Notes: generated from the sequence alone by a model not told the origin. A DNA stretch of 64,000 nt from Prevotellaceae bacterium UBA2744 (GCA_002353575.1 DEJQ01000019.1:118164-182163), one strand, 5' to 3'. Positions 45,929 through 56,949 are shown, counted from the first letter of the stretch. Numbers and translations are program-made.

Positions 45929-47439
45929 TGAAAACAATAAAAATGATGAATATACAGAGAATATTATTTGTTATGCTCATTTCCTTAATGTCGGTAATGG
46001 GCATGAATGCTCAAAATCCTAAACGTGAATTCCGTGGTGCGTGGATTCAGTGTGTAAACGGCCAGTATCTTGGCAAATCGATGGCAGAAATCAGACAGAT
46101 GCTGAGCAGTCAGCTGGATGTACTGCAGGGTGCCGGAATCAATGCTATTATGTTTCAGGTAAGAGCAGAAGGCGATGCTCTGTACCAGTCCTCGTATGAA
46201 CCCTGGTCGCGCTATCTGACCGGTCGTCAGGGTATGGCGCCGCAAGACGGATGGGACCCTCTGGCATGGATGGTAGAGGAATGCCATAAAAGATGTATGG
46301 AGTGTCATGCATGGATAAATCCATATCGTGCAAAGACAAAAGGAACTACTGCTTTGGCACAGAATCATGCTGCCATAATGCACCCCGAAAGAGTGTTCCA
46401 GTATGGTGACCTGCTGATTTTCAATCCTGCATTGGCATCAAACAGGCTATATACCTGTATGATTGTAGAAGACATTCTGAACAGATATGATGTTGACGGC
46501 ATACACATGGACGATTACTTCTATCCTTATCCGGATGCAGGCAGACCAATTCCTGATGCTGCATACTTTGCTGATGACAACCGAGGTTTTCAGGATATAA
46601 ATGACTGGAGACGTGATAATGTTAATCTGCTTATTCAGGATATGCACGAACTGGTTCGTTCAGTAAAGCCTTGGGTTAAGTTTGGTATCTCACCCTTCGG
46701 AATTTATCGCAACAGTAAGTATGGAATAAACGAACCTAACGGAAGTGCCACTGCCGGAACACAGAACTACGATGACTTATATGCTGACATAGTATTGTGG
46801 ACAAGGAAGGGTTGGATTGACTATACAATACCACAGGTGTACTGGAATATAGGTACTAAAGTAGCTGACTATGATGTACTTTGCCGTTGGTGGAACGACT
46901 ACTGCGGAATGCGTCCGATTTTTATTGGACAGGATGTAGAACGTACAGTCAAGGGGTCTGACCCACTGTGCCCGGAGCAGCACCAGATGAGAGCAAAATA
47001 TGAATTACAGCGTTCGCTCAAGAATATTCAGGGCAGTTGTCAGTGGTATGCTGCTGCAGTAGTGAACAACCCAGGCAATTATCGTACACTGCTTGAGAAA
47101 ATCTATCATAGTACTCCTGCTCTTCAACCTCGAATGAAGTATATAGACAAGAAAGCTCCGAAAAAACCTCGTAAGGTTGGAATCGGTGTACTTAACAACC
47201 GAATATATCTGACTTGGCAGGCTCCAAACGCAAAAAAGGAAATGGACAAAGCTATTCAGTATGTAGTATATCGTTTTGAAAAAGGAGAGGGAGTTAATAC
47301 TGAATCAGCAAGAAATATTTACGGTGTCACTCGGGATACAAAGATTCTGTTGCAAGGAGATCAGAGCAATTGTACATTCGTAATCACAGCCCTGGACCGA
47401 CTGCAGAATGAGTCGAAAGGTGTGAAAGTAAAACTTTAA
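45928..47439 (+). CDS. Glycoside hydrolase-like family 10 (GHL10 / YngK / DUF187-type) lipoprotein or secreted protein
   Basis: Signal MKTIKMMNIQRILFVMLISLMSVMGMNAQ, then ..REFRGAWIQCVNG...INAIMFQVRAEGDALYQSSYEPWSRYLTG.QG..P..WDPLAWMVEECHKR.MECHAWINPYR.. Start ATG 45928 overlaps the cls stop (TAATG). Confidence 0.6.
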   Translation: MKTIKMMNIQRILFVMLISLMSVMGMNAQNPKREFRGAWIQCVNGQYLGKSMAEIRQMLSSQLDVLQGAGINAIMFQVRAEGDALYQSSYEPWSRYLTGRQGMAPQDGWDPLAWMVEECHKRCMECHAWINPYRAKTKGTTALAQNHAAIMHPERVFQYGDLLIFNPALASNRLYTCMIVEDILNRYDVDGIHMDDYFYPYPDAGRPIPDAAYFADDNRGFQDINDWRRDNVNLLIQDMHELVRSVKPWVKFGISPFGIYRNSKYGINEPNGSATAGTQNYDDLYADIVLWTRKGWIDYTIPQVYWNIGTKVADYDVLCRWWNDYCGMRPIFIGQDVERTVKGSDPLCPEQHQMRAKYELQRSLKNIQGSCQWYAAAVVNNPGNYRTLLEKIYHSTPALQPRMKYIDKKAPKKPRKVGIGVLNNRIYLTWQAPNAKKEMDKAIQYVVYRFEKGEGVNTESARNIYGVTRDTKILLQGDQSNCTFVITALDRLQNESKGVKVKL

Positions 47440-47462
47440 TGTATTAGCGTTAAGAGATTCTG

Positions 47463-50087
47463 ATGGTGTTAAAAAGATTTCTATTCTATACGATAGCTTT
47501 CCTGATTACACTGAGTATGATGGGGCAGGTGACAGGTCGGGTTATAGACGCGAAAACCCGCGAACCGCTTGACTACGTGAATGTGTACTATGACCACACA
47601 GGAATAGGCGAACAGACAGATGAAAACGGACGCTTTGTGCTGAAAGAAGATTCAGCTCTTCGTGAAATTAAAATCACCACAATGGGTTATGTGACTCAGG
47701 TGATAAAGCTGAAAGCCTTTGGCAGCAATAAGAATATGCAGATTCGTCTTGTGCCCGAAGCCCGCTTGCTTGAGGGTGTAACTGTTCAGGCTAAAAAAAA
47801 GAAATACTCGCGAAAGAACAATCCTGCTGTGGATTTGATGAGGAAAGTGATAGACCATAAATGGCAGACAGACCTGAGAGAGAAAGACTACTATTCATAT
47901 CAGAAATATGAGAAGATGACATTCTCGCTTAATGAATTTACAGAGAGAGTGTTTGAGGATGGAGAATTCAAAACCTTATCGTTCCTCAAAGATCACGTGG
48001 AGCGCTGTCCTGAGACTGGCAAACTGATTCTGCCTGTGATTGTGCAGGAAATGGTTTCGGATAATTTCTATAGAAAATCCCCGCATAGCGAGAAACGTCT
48101 CATCAAGGCTCAAAGCGACAAGGGTGTAAACGAACTCATCAATACAGGAGAGATCTTAACAACAGTATTGAAGGATGTCTTTACCGATGTGGACATATAC
48201 CAGAACGAATGCCGACTGTTGCAATACCCCTTCAAGTCGCCTATTGCCGACAACGCAATCAGTTTTTACAGATACTATCTACAAGACACATTGAAAATTG
48301 AGAATGACTCAGTAATCGATGTGGGATTCCTGCCGAACAATCAGCAGGATTTTGGTTTTTCTGGACATGTGTATATTATGAAAGACTCTACATATGCTGT
48401 ACGCCGTGTAGAACTGAATATACCTCGCCGATCAGATGTCAATTTCGTGGAAAACATGATTATCCGTCAGGATCTCGTACAGTTGCCTACTGGCGAACGA
48501 GTGTGTACTCAAAGCGACATGATCATTGAGATAAAACTGATAGCAAAGGTGCAGAAACTGATGGTGCAACGAACAACCCGCAACTTCGATTATGCCTTTG
48601 AACCTATTCCCGACAAAGTCTTTAAGAGCATAAAGGGAAGTACGAAGACTGAGCCCGATGCAAAAATGAAAACCGAAGAATATTGGAATGAATATCGTCA
48701 GGTAGAACTCACCCAATCGGAGAGCAAGATAGACACCTTTATGGATAGGCTGAAAAACATAAAGGGAGTCAAATGGGTTATATTTGGAGTGAAAACGCTT
48801 ATCGAGAATTATATCGAAACAGCATCAACAACAGATAAAAATAAATTTGACTTCGGACCTATAAACACAATCGTTTCGAAGAATCATTATGATTCATGGC
48901 GTTTCCGTATTTCAGGATTCACCACAGCACACTTGAATCCACATTTCTTCCTGGATGGCTATGTGGCTTACGGAACGAAATCAAAGAATGTGTACGGTAT
49001 GCTTAAGGCTACTTATTCGTTCAACAAAAAGGCATACTTGCACCGTGAATTTCCAAAGAACAACCTGCAGTTCCAATATTATAATGATGTCACCAGTCCT
49101 TACACCAAATTTATGACTACGGATAAGGATAATATGTTCATGGCTTTCAAGTCATCAAAGGTTGACCAGTTCTATCATACTAAATCATGGAAACTGATAT
49201 ACGACCGCGAATGGGAAGCCGGAATGAAACTGTATGCACATATTGACCGCACTCGCAACGATGCTGTTGACGAATTGTTCTTCCAACATCTGGGTACAGG
49301 TACTAAGACAGCTACAGGATATTCTCCGGTAAACAACCCGGCTGTCTGGGACAACAAGATGATTACAACCGAACTGAAGGCTACTCTTACCTTCGAACCC
49401 GGAGCAACATATATTAATACAAAACAACGACGACTGAAGATAAACCTTGACGCACCGATTTTCTTCGTATCCCACACTATGGGTATCAAAGGACTTCTGG
49501 GAGGACAATATAACTACCACGTTACAGAAGCTGGAATGTACAAGCGTTTCTGGGTAGGTTCATGGGGTAAGATCGATGCCGATATAAAGGCTGGAGCACA
49601 GTGGAGCAAGGTGCCTTATCCGTTGCTTATCCACCCTGTTGCAAACGATACTTATATCTTGCAGGATTACAATTTTAACCTCATTAATATCTGGGAATTC
49701 CTGAACGACCGCTATGCTTCGGTCATGCTTAGCTGGGATATGAACGGTAAACTTTTCAACCGAATCCCTCTGCTGAAGAAACTGAAATGGAGAGAGTGGA
49801 TAGGGATAAACGTATTGTGGGGTACTCTGACCGACAAGAATAATCCCGCTGCAAGCGGATATTCCGATTCCGACCTGTTTTTCTTCCCTGGACGATTCAA
49901 TGGGGACGGAACATATGAGACAAATACATATAAGATGGATGCAAAGACACCATATATAGAAGCAGTAGTAGGTATCCATAATATCTTTAAACTGTTTCAT
50001 ATCGTTTATGTCCGACGACTCACATATTTGAATCATCCGGATATTAACAAACATGGTGTTAGATTCATTTTCAGACTATCTTTCTAA
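47463..50087 (+). CDS. CarboxypepD_reg-like + DUF5686-type large outer-membrane-associated protein
   Basis: 874 aa. The N-terminus ..MGQVTGRVIDAKTREPLDYVNVYY.. is carboxypeptidase-regulatory-like, followed by a long beta-rich region. Family recalled, not aligned. Confidence 0.55.
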   Translation: MVLKRFLFYTIAFLITLSMMGQVTGRVIDAKTREPLDYVNVYYDHTGIGEQTDENGRFVLKEDSALREIKITTMGYVTQVIKLKAFGSNKNMQIRLVPEARLLEGVTVQAKKKKYSRKNNPAVDLMRKVIDHKWQTDLREKDYYSYQKYEKMTFSLNEFTERVFEDGEFKTLSFLKDHVERCPETGKLILPVIVQEMVSDNFYRKSPHSEKRLIKAQSDKGVNELINTGEILTTVLKDVFTDVDIYQNECRLLQYPFKSPIADNAISFYRYYLQDTLKIENDSVIDVGFLPNNQQDFGFSGHVYIMKDSTYAVRRVELNIPRRSDVNFVENMIIRQDLVQLPTGERVCTQSDMIIEIKLIAKVQKLMVQRTTRNFDYAFEPIPDKVFKSIKGSTKTEPDAKMKTEEYWNEYRQVELTQSESKIDTFMDRLKNIKGVKWVIFGVKTLIENYIETASTTDKNKFDFGPINTIVSKNHYDSWRFRISGFTTAHLNPHFFLDGYVAYGTKSKNVYGMLKATYSFNKKAYLHREFPKNNLQFQYYNDVTSPYTKFMTTDKDNMFMAFKSSKVDQFYHTKSWKLIYDREWEAGMKLYAHIDRTRNDAVDELFFQHLGTGTKTATGYSPVNNPAVWDNKMITTELKATLTFEPGATYINTKQRRLKINLDAPIFFVSHTMGIKGLLGGQYNYHVTEAGMYKRFWVGSWGKIDADIKAGAQWSKVPYPLLIHPVANDTYILQDYNFNLINIWEFLNDRYASVMLSWDMNGKLFNRIPLLKKLKWREWIGINVLWGTLTDKNNPAASGYSDSDLFFFPGRFNGDGTYETNTYKMDAKTPYIEAVVGIHNIFKLFHIVYVRRLTYLNHPDINKHGVRFIFRLSF

Positions 50088-50139
50088 AATGAAAAATATT
50101 ATAATTATTAGTAATCAATAAGCAAAACAAAATACAATT

Positions 50140-51648
50140 ATGGGTGGTTTTTTTGGGGTAGTTTCAACAAAGAAGTGTACAACGGATTTGTTTTATGGGA
50201 CAGACTATCAGTCACATCTTGGTACAAAGCGTGGCGGTATGGCTACATACAGCAGCGACAAAGGATTCTTCCGTTCTATTCACAATCTGGAGAGTTCTTA
50301 TTTCCGCACTCGATTCGAACTCGAGTTAGATAAATTTCACGGCAATTCAGGTATCGGTATTATCAGTGATACTGATGCCCAGCCTCTGTTGATGAATTCG
50401 CATTTAGGGCGTTTCGCTCTCGTCACTGTTGCAAAAATCAACAACATGGAGGAGATTGCAGAAAAGCTTCTGAACGAGAATATGCATCTAAGCGAGTTCA
50501 GTTCCGGCAAGATTAATCCAACAGAACTTGTAGGACTGATGATAATCCGTGGAAAAACATTTGTTGATGGTATCGAAAACGTATATAACACCATAAAGGG
50601 CTCGTGTTCTATCCTGCTGCTTACCGAAGACGGAATAATCGCCGCACGCGATTCATGGGGCAGAACGCCAATCGTGCTCGGACAGAAAGAAGATGCCATG
50701 GCTGCAACCAGCGAGTCGTCAGCATTTCCTAATTTGGGATACGAAACTACATACTACCTCGGTCCTGGAGAAATTGTCCGTCTTCGTGCCGATGGTTTCG
50801 AACAGTTGCGACAACCCAACAAAGGTTGCCAAGTTTGTTCTTTCCTCTGGATCTACTATGGATTCCCCACATCCAGCTATGAGGGTAAAACCGTAGAGTC
50901 TGTTCGATATGAAACGGGGCGCATCATGGGCGAGGAAGATAAAACCGAAGTTGATGCAGTAGGCGGAATACCTGACAGTGGTGTAGGTATGGCAATCGGT
51001 TATTCTGCCGGACACAAAGCTCCATATTTCCGAGGAATCTCGAAATACACCCCTACATGGCCACGTTCTTTCATGCCAGCAAATCAGGAGATGCGCAACC
51101 TCGTGGCTAAGATGAAACTCATTCCAAACGAATCGATGATAAAGGGTAAGCGCTGTCTCTTCTGCGACGATTCAATCGTTCGTGGTACTCAGCTTCGTAA
51201 TAATGCAAAGAAGATGAAGGAACTCGGTGCCAAGGAAGTACATATGCGTATTGCCTGCCCTCCGTTGGTTTATGCTTGCCCATTCGTAAACTTCTCAGCC
51301 AGCAAAAGTGCTCTCGAACTGATTGCACGCCGTGTCATCATGGATCTCGAGACAGGTAGTGAGAAGGCCACCTTGCTTGATGAAGCTGATACCGTAACCA
51401 ATGTGGATATTCCAGAGGAGCGCCTAAAGGCATATACAAAGACGGGGTCGCCAGAATACAACAGAATGGTGGATGAGATTGCGCGTCGCCTGAACCTCGA
51501 CACTCTCCAGTTCTCAAAACTGGAAACCATAGTCGATGCTATCGGACTTGAAAAAGAACGTATATGTACCCATTGTTTCGACGGCAGTTCTGCATACACC
51601 CTCGAAGAGAGAAATACTGAAGAATTGCGTCTGAAATTTGATGAATAA
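50140..51648 (+). CDS. PurF-like amidophosphoribosyltransferase family protein (N-terminal Ntn domain without catalytic Cys)
   Basis: The PRTase half is canonical (..DAVGGIPDSG.., ..LFCDDSIVRGTQ.., ..GAKEVHMRIACPP..). The N-terminus is MGGFFG instead of MCG, and an in-frame TAA lies 7 codons upstream, so no longer N-terminus is possible. Confidence 0.75.
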   Translation: MGGFFGVVSTKKCTTDLFYGTDYQSHLGTKRGGMATYSSDKGFFRSIHNLESSYFRTRFELELDKFHGNSGIGIISDTDAQPLLMNSHLGRFALVTVAKINNMEEIAEKLLNENMHLSEFSSGKINPTELVGLMIIRGKTFVDGIENVYNTIKGSCSILLLTEDGIIAARDSWGRTPIVLGQKEDAMAATSESSAFPNLGYETTYYLGPGEIVRLRADGFEQLRQPNKGCQVCSFLWIYYGFPTSSYEGKTVESVRYETGRIMGEEDKTEVDAVGGIPDSGVGMAIGYSAGHKAPYFRGISKYTPTWPRSFMPANQEMRNLVAKMKLIPNESMIKGKRCLFCDDSIVRGTQLRNNAKKMKELGAKEVHMRIACPPLVYACPFVNFSASKSALELIARRVIMDLETGSEKATLLDEADTVTNVDIPEERLKAYTKTGSPEYNRMVDEIARRLNLDTLQFSKLETIVDAIGLEKERICTHCFDGSSAYTLEERNTEELRLKFDE

Positions 51649-51688
51649 ACAATAGTGGATTGATTAATTTTAAAAAAACAAGAAAACA

Positions 51689-52135
51689 ATGATAATGAAT
51701 AACTGGTTCGAATGTAAGATTCGAATTGAAAAAGTACTCGAAGGTGGTGCTACAAAGAAAGTTGTTGAACCATATCTGGTCGATGCCCTGAACTTCACTG
51801 AGGCAGAGGCAAGAATAATCGAGGAGATGAAACCATTCTGCAACGGCAATCTCGAAGTGTCTGACATCAAACGTGCCAGATATTGTGAGATGTTTACAGC
51901 AGAAGAAGAATCCTGCGACAAGTGGTTCAAGGTGAAATGTGTTTTTGTTACTCTCGATGAGAAGACTCAGTCCGAGAAGCGAACCTCTCAGCTGATGCTT
52001 GTTCAGGCAAGCGACCTGCGAGATGCAGTAAAGCGTTTCGACGAGGGCATGAAAGGATCTATGATTGACTATGAAATAGCAGCCGTTCAGGAGACACCTA
52101 TTCTTGATGTATTCCCATATAAGACGACAGAATAA
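51689..52135 (+). CDS. DUF4494-like small conserved protein
   Basis: 148 aa. ..NWFECKIRIEKVLEGG..KKV.EPYLVDALNFTEAEARIIEEM.. Family recalled, not aligned. Confidence 0.5.
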   Translation: MIMNNWFECKIRIEKVLEGGATKKVVEPYLVDALNFTEAEARIIEEMKPFCNGNLEVSDIKRARYCEMFTAEEESCDKWFKVKCVFVTLDEKTQSEKRTSQLMLVQASDLRDAVKRFDEGMKGSMIDYEIAAVQETPILDVFPYKTTE

Positions 52136-52161
52136 GCAGACCTTTTAAACTACAATAAGCG

Positions 52162-52872
52162 ATGATTGCAGAAAACTTACATAAAGTACTTTCTACGATT
52201 CAGCCAGGCATACGACTTGTCGCCGTTTCTAAATTCCACCCCGTTAGTGCTTTGCAAGAAGCATACGATGCCGGACAGAGAGTCTTTGGTGAAAGTCATG
52301 TGCAAGAACTTGTAGAAAAACAACATCTCCTGCCTAAGGATATAGAGTGGCATTTCATCGGGCACCTGCAGACAAACAAAGTGAAATATATGGCTCCGTT
52401 CATATCTCTCATTCATGCTGTAGATACCGAGAAACTGCTTAAAGAGATTGACAAACAAGCAGAGCGTAATAACCGCGTCATTGATTGCTTGCTCCAAATT
52501 CATATAGCAAAGGAAGAAACCAAATTCGGGTTCACTCCCAACGAACTGCGTACCATGCTTCAGGAAGGAGAGTGGAGAAGGTTCTCGCATGTTCGTATCT
52601 GTGGACTTATGTGCATGGCTACCAATACCGATGACGAGAATCTGATTGCCGGCGAATTTGAATATGCCAATACCTTCTTTCAGGAAATAAAACATGATTA
52701 CTTCCAGTCAGAACCCTCATTCAGGGAACTTTCAATGGGAATGAGCGGCGACTATATGATTGCACAGCAACACGGTTCCACAATGGTCAGAATAGGAACA
52801 ATGATATTCGGAGAAAGAAATTATAGTTGTAATTATAATCCTTCCGAGACACACCATATTTTAATTACATAA
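52162..52872 (+). CDS. yggS: YggS-family pyridoxal-phosphate homeostasis protein
   Basis: 236 aa. ..RLVAVSKFHP.. (PLP Lys), ..WHFIGHLQTNKVK.., ..LSMGMSGDY.....GST.VRIGT.IFGER... Confidence 0.85.
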   Translation: MIAENLHKVLSTIQPGIRLVAVSKFHPVSALQEAYDAGQRVFGESHVQELVEKQHLLPKDIEWHFIGHLQTNKVKYMAPFISLIHAVDTEKLLKEIDKQAERNNRVIDCLLQIHIAKEETKFGFTPNELRTMLQEGEWRRFSHVRICGLMCMATNTDDENLIAGEFEYANTFFQEIKHDYFQSEPSFRELSMGMSGDYMIAQQHGSTMVRIGTMIFGERNYSCNYNPSETHHILIT

Positions 52873-52892
52873 CTCTTAATAACTCACACACT

Positions 52893-53495
52893 ATGCTAAC
52901 CTTTGATAAGCCACGAGACATTGCACTTGAAATATGCAATATCCACAATGTTACGTTGAACAGCGACAATCTGAAAAGACTTGCCGACATAATTGTTCCG
53001 ATGAAACTGATTCGTGGCAAACATCCAGTCGTAGAAGGTGAAGTATGTGATTATATTTTTTATGTGAAACAAGGTCTGGTTGTGCAGACATACCAGAAGA
53101 ACAATCTTACCATTACAGAGAATATTGCTTGCGATGGTGATTTTACTGTGTGCATCGAGAGTTTCTTCCGACGCGAACCCTCTAAACTCTCCCTTACTAC
53201 CCTTGAACCCTCCGTCATCTATGGTTTACCTCACGATAAACTATTCGAACTGGCACGCACATCCTATGAGATTTGTCAGCTCATTTTTGCCTTCCAGCAA
53301 ACCATGCTGTTTATATTTCAGCATCGTGCCGACGGACAGCGGTTTGAATCAGCCCACGACAAATACGTACGACTGGCAAATGAGAAACCGGAGATTGTGC
53401 GTAGAACTCCGATGCATAATATAGCATCATTCCTACAGATGACACCCGAAACACTCAGTCGTATTCGTTCTCAGGTAAACTCCGAAGACATCTGA
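52893..53495 (+). CDS. Crp/Fnr-family transcriptional regulator
   Basis: 200 aa with a cNMP-binding-like beta-roll (..GEVCDYIFYVKQGLV..) and a C-terminal HTH (..NIASFLQMTPETLSRIR..). Confidence 0.7.
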   Translation: MLTFDKPRDIALEICNIHNVTLNSDNLKRLADIIVPMKLIRGKHPVVEGEVCDYIFYVKQGLVVQTYQKNNLTITENIACDGDFTVCIESFFRREPSKLSLTTLEPSVIYGLPHDKLFELARTSYEICQLIFAFQQTMLFIFQHRADGQRFESAHDKYVRLANEKPEIVRRTPMHNIASFLQMTPETLSRIRSQVNSEDI

Positions 53496-53523
53496 TTCAT
53501 CCACAACACGTCACCAGCATCCC

Positions 53524-56500
53524 ATGCGAATAGTAATCCACATCATCTCACTATTCATTCTTTGTGCATCGACTTCTTCCTGTACAACCGATGCCGACAA
53601 CACCCGCCACGAGGCTCTTCTTGACAGTGCAAGGGTCGAGATGCTTGTGAATACCGACTACAATAAGGCAGAATCAATCTATAAGGGCATTATCCGTTCC
53701 ACTCGTAACAAACTCATCCGTTTGCAGGCGGACGAGGGTATGATGCACCTCTGTCAGATTCGTTCTCTAAACAAAACCTACTATGACTACCGTTCCGATG
53801 CTGAAAAACTGATTCAAGAATTCAAAACAGCCGAACACCATATTGATGCTCACAACGACTCTGTACTTCAGTTGGCAAAGAAAGAATTCTATCGTATTTC
53901 TGCCGTTTACTATATTACCCTTCGTGATATGGACCGTACTATCGAAATGCTTGACAGTATCAAGGATAAGCCACTTCGCAAGAAAGAGTTCCTCGCCATC
54001 TATCTTGGTAAGGAGAGTATGTACTACAAATCTCTTCAGAAAGTATGGGTAGCAGAACAACTGACGGATGAAGGACACTACGACGAAGCCATCAAGCAAC
54101 TCTCAGCGGCTCTTCATATAATCAACCTGCACCATAAGAAATACAGTTTCAGCGGACTCTCCGACACTTTATCAATATATAATGAACAGAACAATGACAG
54201 CCTCAGTACCGAGATGCGGTGGATTCAGAATCCCAAATGTGTTTCTGTCCCCGACTGGATGGCAGCTGTACGTGAACAACTAAGCATCACATTCGGAGCT
54301 ATGGGCAACAAACTTGCTTCCGACTATAATCATAACATATACCTTGACATTCTTGATGCTACACGCCAGGACCGCCTGCTTGAGCAGCAACTTGATGCTT
54401 TGCTGGCTCATGAGCAACGCTTAAATTTATTACTTGTCATTACTGTTACCATTGCCATCCTGTTGGCAGTCTTCGGCACTCGCCTATACCTTAACCGTAG
54501 AGAACACAGTATTCAGCTGCGCCAGCAACTGAAACAGGATATTGAAACTAATCGCAACATGCTCCTCGCCAGATGGCTGCAGCAAAATGGAGGTTCCATT
54601 TCTCAGATTCAAGACGAAATGGAATATGCCGATGACGAACGTCGTGCCGCAGAGATGAAGATTGAAGAAAATAAGCGCAGCTATATCGACAAAGCCACCA
54701 GCGTATCTATTGCAAACGGAATTATTCCTTTTCTCGACCGTGCTATCTGGGAGGTTGACAACAACAAAAACAATACAGACTACATCTCAGAACTCATTGA
54801 TAAGATAAACGACTATAACGATATACTGGGACATTGGGTGAAGATAAAGCAGGGTAGTGTATCGCTCCACGTCGAGACTTTCCCTCTTTCATCTCTGTTC
54901 GATGTAGTTCAGAAAGCACAACCCCTTTATGCGGCTGACGGACTCACCCTCGACGTTCAGTCAACCGATGCCGTAATTAAAGCTGACAAAGCTCTTACAC
55001 TCTTCATGATCAATACCCTGATGGACAACGCACGCAAATTTACTCCTCGCGGCGGTAGCGTCAGTGTATATGCTGAGTCAGCTGCCGACTATGTAGAGAT
55101 TTCCGTCAAGGATACAGGTTATGGCATGACAGCCGACGACACTCGCGATGTTATCACCAGTCGCAAGGGGCACGGATTCGGACTCATGAATTGTCGTGGC
55201 ATCATCGACAAATACAAGAAGACCAACCGCTTGTTTTCCGTCTGTGATTTTGGAGTTGAAAGTACACAGGGTGTGGGTAGCAGGTTTTACTTCCGCCTGC
55301 CACTAAAGGTACTTTCAGCCATTCTCCTGTTTTTCCTTCCGTTCTTCCCAATATCAGCTCAGGAATTGGAGATTCCTGAAGGCATACGTCAGGCTAATGT
55401 TTTTGCCGACAGCATATACTACTGTAACACTCAGGGACGATACGCACGTGCTATCGAATTTGGAGACTCTGTGATTTCTGCCCTGAACATGCACTATATA
55501 GCTGCAACAGGAAAGACAGACAAACTCCTGCAATTTGACGGCGAACTCAACAATATGCCTGAAATCCATCTCTGGCACGATGGTTTCTACACAGACTACG
55601 ATGTAATCATCCGAGCCAGAAACGAAATAGCCATTGCTGCCTTGGCTATGAACCGGAAGCATCTCTACCGTTACAACTGCGATGTATTCACCCGTCTCTA
55701 TCAACTTATTTCCCAAGACTATACTACAGCAGAAACCGTTCATCACCTCGAACATCTAAATAACAATAAGGTTCTTATCCTCAACCTTTCTGTCCTCACT
55801 TTATTCATTCTGGTCATAATCATACTTTTGTATTATTATCACCAATACAAACTGCCGCTGTCTAACCTGCGCGAGCTGCATAAACTTGCTGACAGGCTTC
55901 TCGACACACCAGCTGCTGACATACCTGACACCATTACTCGTGCAATAAACGATGTAGTCACCATCGACGGAATAAAGATATTCCCCACAGGTACATCTGT
56001 CGTTGACCGTAACAATACTACTATTACCTTCCCGTTGACTGTCAATGCAGACGGAAACACTTACGACATCGGACTTCTTGCCGTTGCCCTCCATTCTCAT
56101 TCAGTATCCGACATATCACGTTTCACAGCTTACGTGCTTCACATGATTTCTTCTCATCTTGCCATCGCTCTCTACTGTACATCTACCAAGATAGAAGAAC
56201 TCAAGCTGCAATTGGAACTCAAGCAGGACGAGCAGCATCGGGCTGAGGCAGACCGTAACCGCATTCATGTGCAGAATATGATACTCGACAACTGTCTCTC
56301 TGCCATCAAACACGAAACGATGTATTATCCTACTCGTATTAAGCAACTGCTGCAGGCAGAGACCGGTGCACATACTAACGATTCAAAATCCATTTCTGAA
56401 CTCCTGCACTACTATAAGGAAGTATTCAGCGTACTCAGTCAGTGTGCTATGAAACAACTCGAACAGACTGCCTTCAAGCGTCGCATAATTCCTCTCTCAG

Positions 56501-56949
56501 AGATAGTGTCTGTCATTTCTTATTTAAAAGATAAATATAAAGCTACTATAGATATTTCTGTTTCATTAGAAGAAACTATTAGTGCCGATACTCGAATTGT
56601 GTGTGATCCGGTCATGCTGCAATATATGTTCGAGTCACTCATCTCGGCTTCAGGTTCTGTTCCTGTTGACCCGCCTCGTCCTGTCATGGTCATCAGCATA
56701 TCTACTCAGAATAAATTCTGTCAGTTTTCAATTACAGATTCCCGTAAACACTGGAATACAGAACAAGTAAGCATCCTCTTCTATGCCGACAGTCTTTCAT
56801 ACAATCCCGACACCGATCAGTTGAACGGAGCTGAATACATACTCTGCAAACAGATTATCCGTGAACACGATGACCATTGTGGCATACGCGGATGCAAGAT
56901 ATATGCAACTTGCCCGGATCGTCTCACGTTCACTGTGCCCATACAGTAA
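53524..56949 (+). CDS. Two-module membrane sensor histidine kinase (DUF5112/DUF5113-type)
   Basis: 1141 aa. Module 1 has a signal/lipobox-like N-terminus, a helical periplasmic domain, a TM helix (..LLLVITVTIAILLAVFG..) and a coiled coil. It then has an intact HATPase_c with N-box NTLMDNARKF, G1 VKDTGYGM and G2 GHGFGLMNCRGII (nt about 55012-55188). Module 2 has a second hydrophobic segment (..SAILLFFLPFFPISAQ), a second periplasmic domain and a TM helix (..LNLSVLTLFILVIIILLYYY..). It carries the H-box CLSAIKHETMYYPTRI (His codon 56311-56313) and a degenerate ATPase-like end. Confidence 0.7.
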   Translation: MRIVIHIISLFILCASTSSCTTDADNTRHEALLDSARVEMLVNTDYNKAESIYKGIIRSTRNKLIRLQADEGMMHLCQIRSLNKTYYDYRSDAEKLIQEFKTAEHHIDAHNDSVLQLAKKEFYRISAVYYITLRDMDRTIEMLDSIKDKPLRKKEFLAIYLGKESMYYKSLQKVWVAEQLTDEGHYDEAIKQLSAALHIINLHHKKYSFSGLSDTLSIYNEQNNDSLSTEMRWIQNPKCVSVPDWMAAVREQLSITFGAMGNKLASDYNHNIYLDILDATRQDRLLEQQLDALLAHEQRLNLLLVITVTIAILLAVFGTRLYLNRREHSIQLRQQLKQDIETNRNMLLARWLQQNGGSISQIQDEMEYADDERRAAEMKIEENKRSYIDKATSVSIANGIIPFLDRAIWEVDNNKNNTDYISELIDKINDYNDILGHWVKIKQGSVSLHVETFPLSSLFDVVQKAQPLYAADGLTLDVQSTDAVIKADKALTLFMINTLMDNARKFTPRGGSVSVYAESAADYVEISVKDTGYGMTADDTRDVITSRKGHGFGLMNCRGIIDKYKKTNRLFSVCDFGVESTQGVGSRFYFRLPLKVLSAILLFFLPFFPISAQELEIPEGIRQANVFADSIYYCNTQGRYARAIEFGDSVISALNMHYIAATGKTDKLLQFDGELNNMPEIHLWHDGFYTDYDVIIRARNEIAIAALAMNRKHLYRYNCDVFTRLYQLISQDYTTAETVHHLEHLNNNKVLILNLSVLTLFILVIIILLYYYHQYKLPLSNLRELHKLADRLLDTPAADIPDTITRAINDVVTIDGIKIFPTGTSVVDRNNTTITFPLTVNADGNTYDIGLLAVALHSHSVSDISRFTAYVLHMISSHLAIALYCTSTKIEELKLQLELKQDEQHRAEADRNRIHVQNMILDNCLSAIKHETMYYPTRIKQLLQAETGAHTNDSKSISELLHYYKEVFSVLSQCAMKQLEQTAFKRRIIPLSEIVSVISYLKDKYKATIDISVSLEETISADTRIVCDPVMLQYMFESLISASGSVPVDPPRPVMVISISTQNKFCQFSITDSRKHWNTEQVSILFYADSLSYNPDTDQLNGAEYILCKQIIREHDDHCGIRGCKIYATCPDRLTFTVPIQ

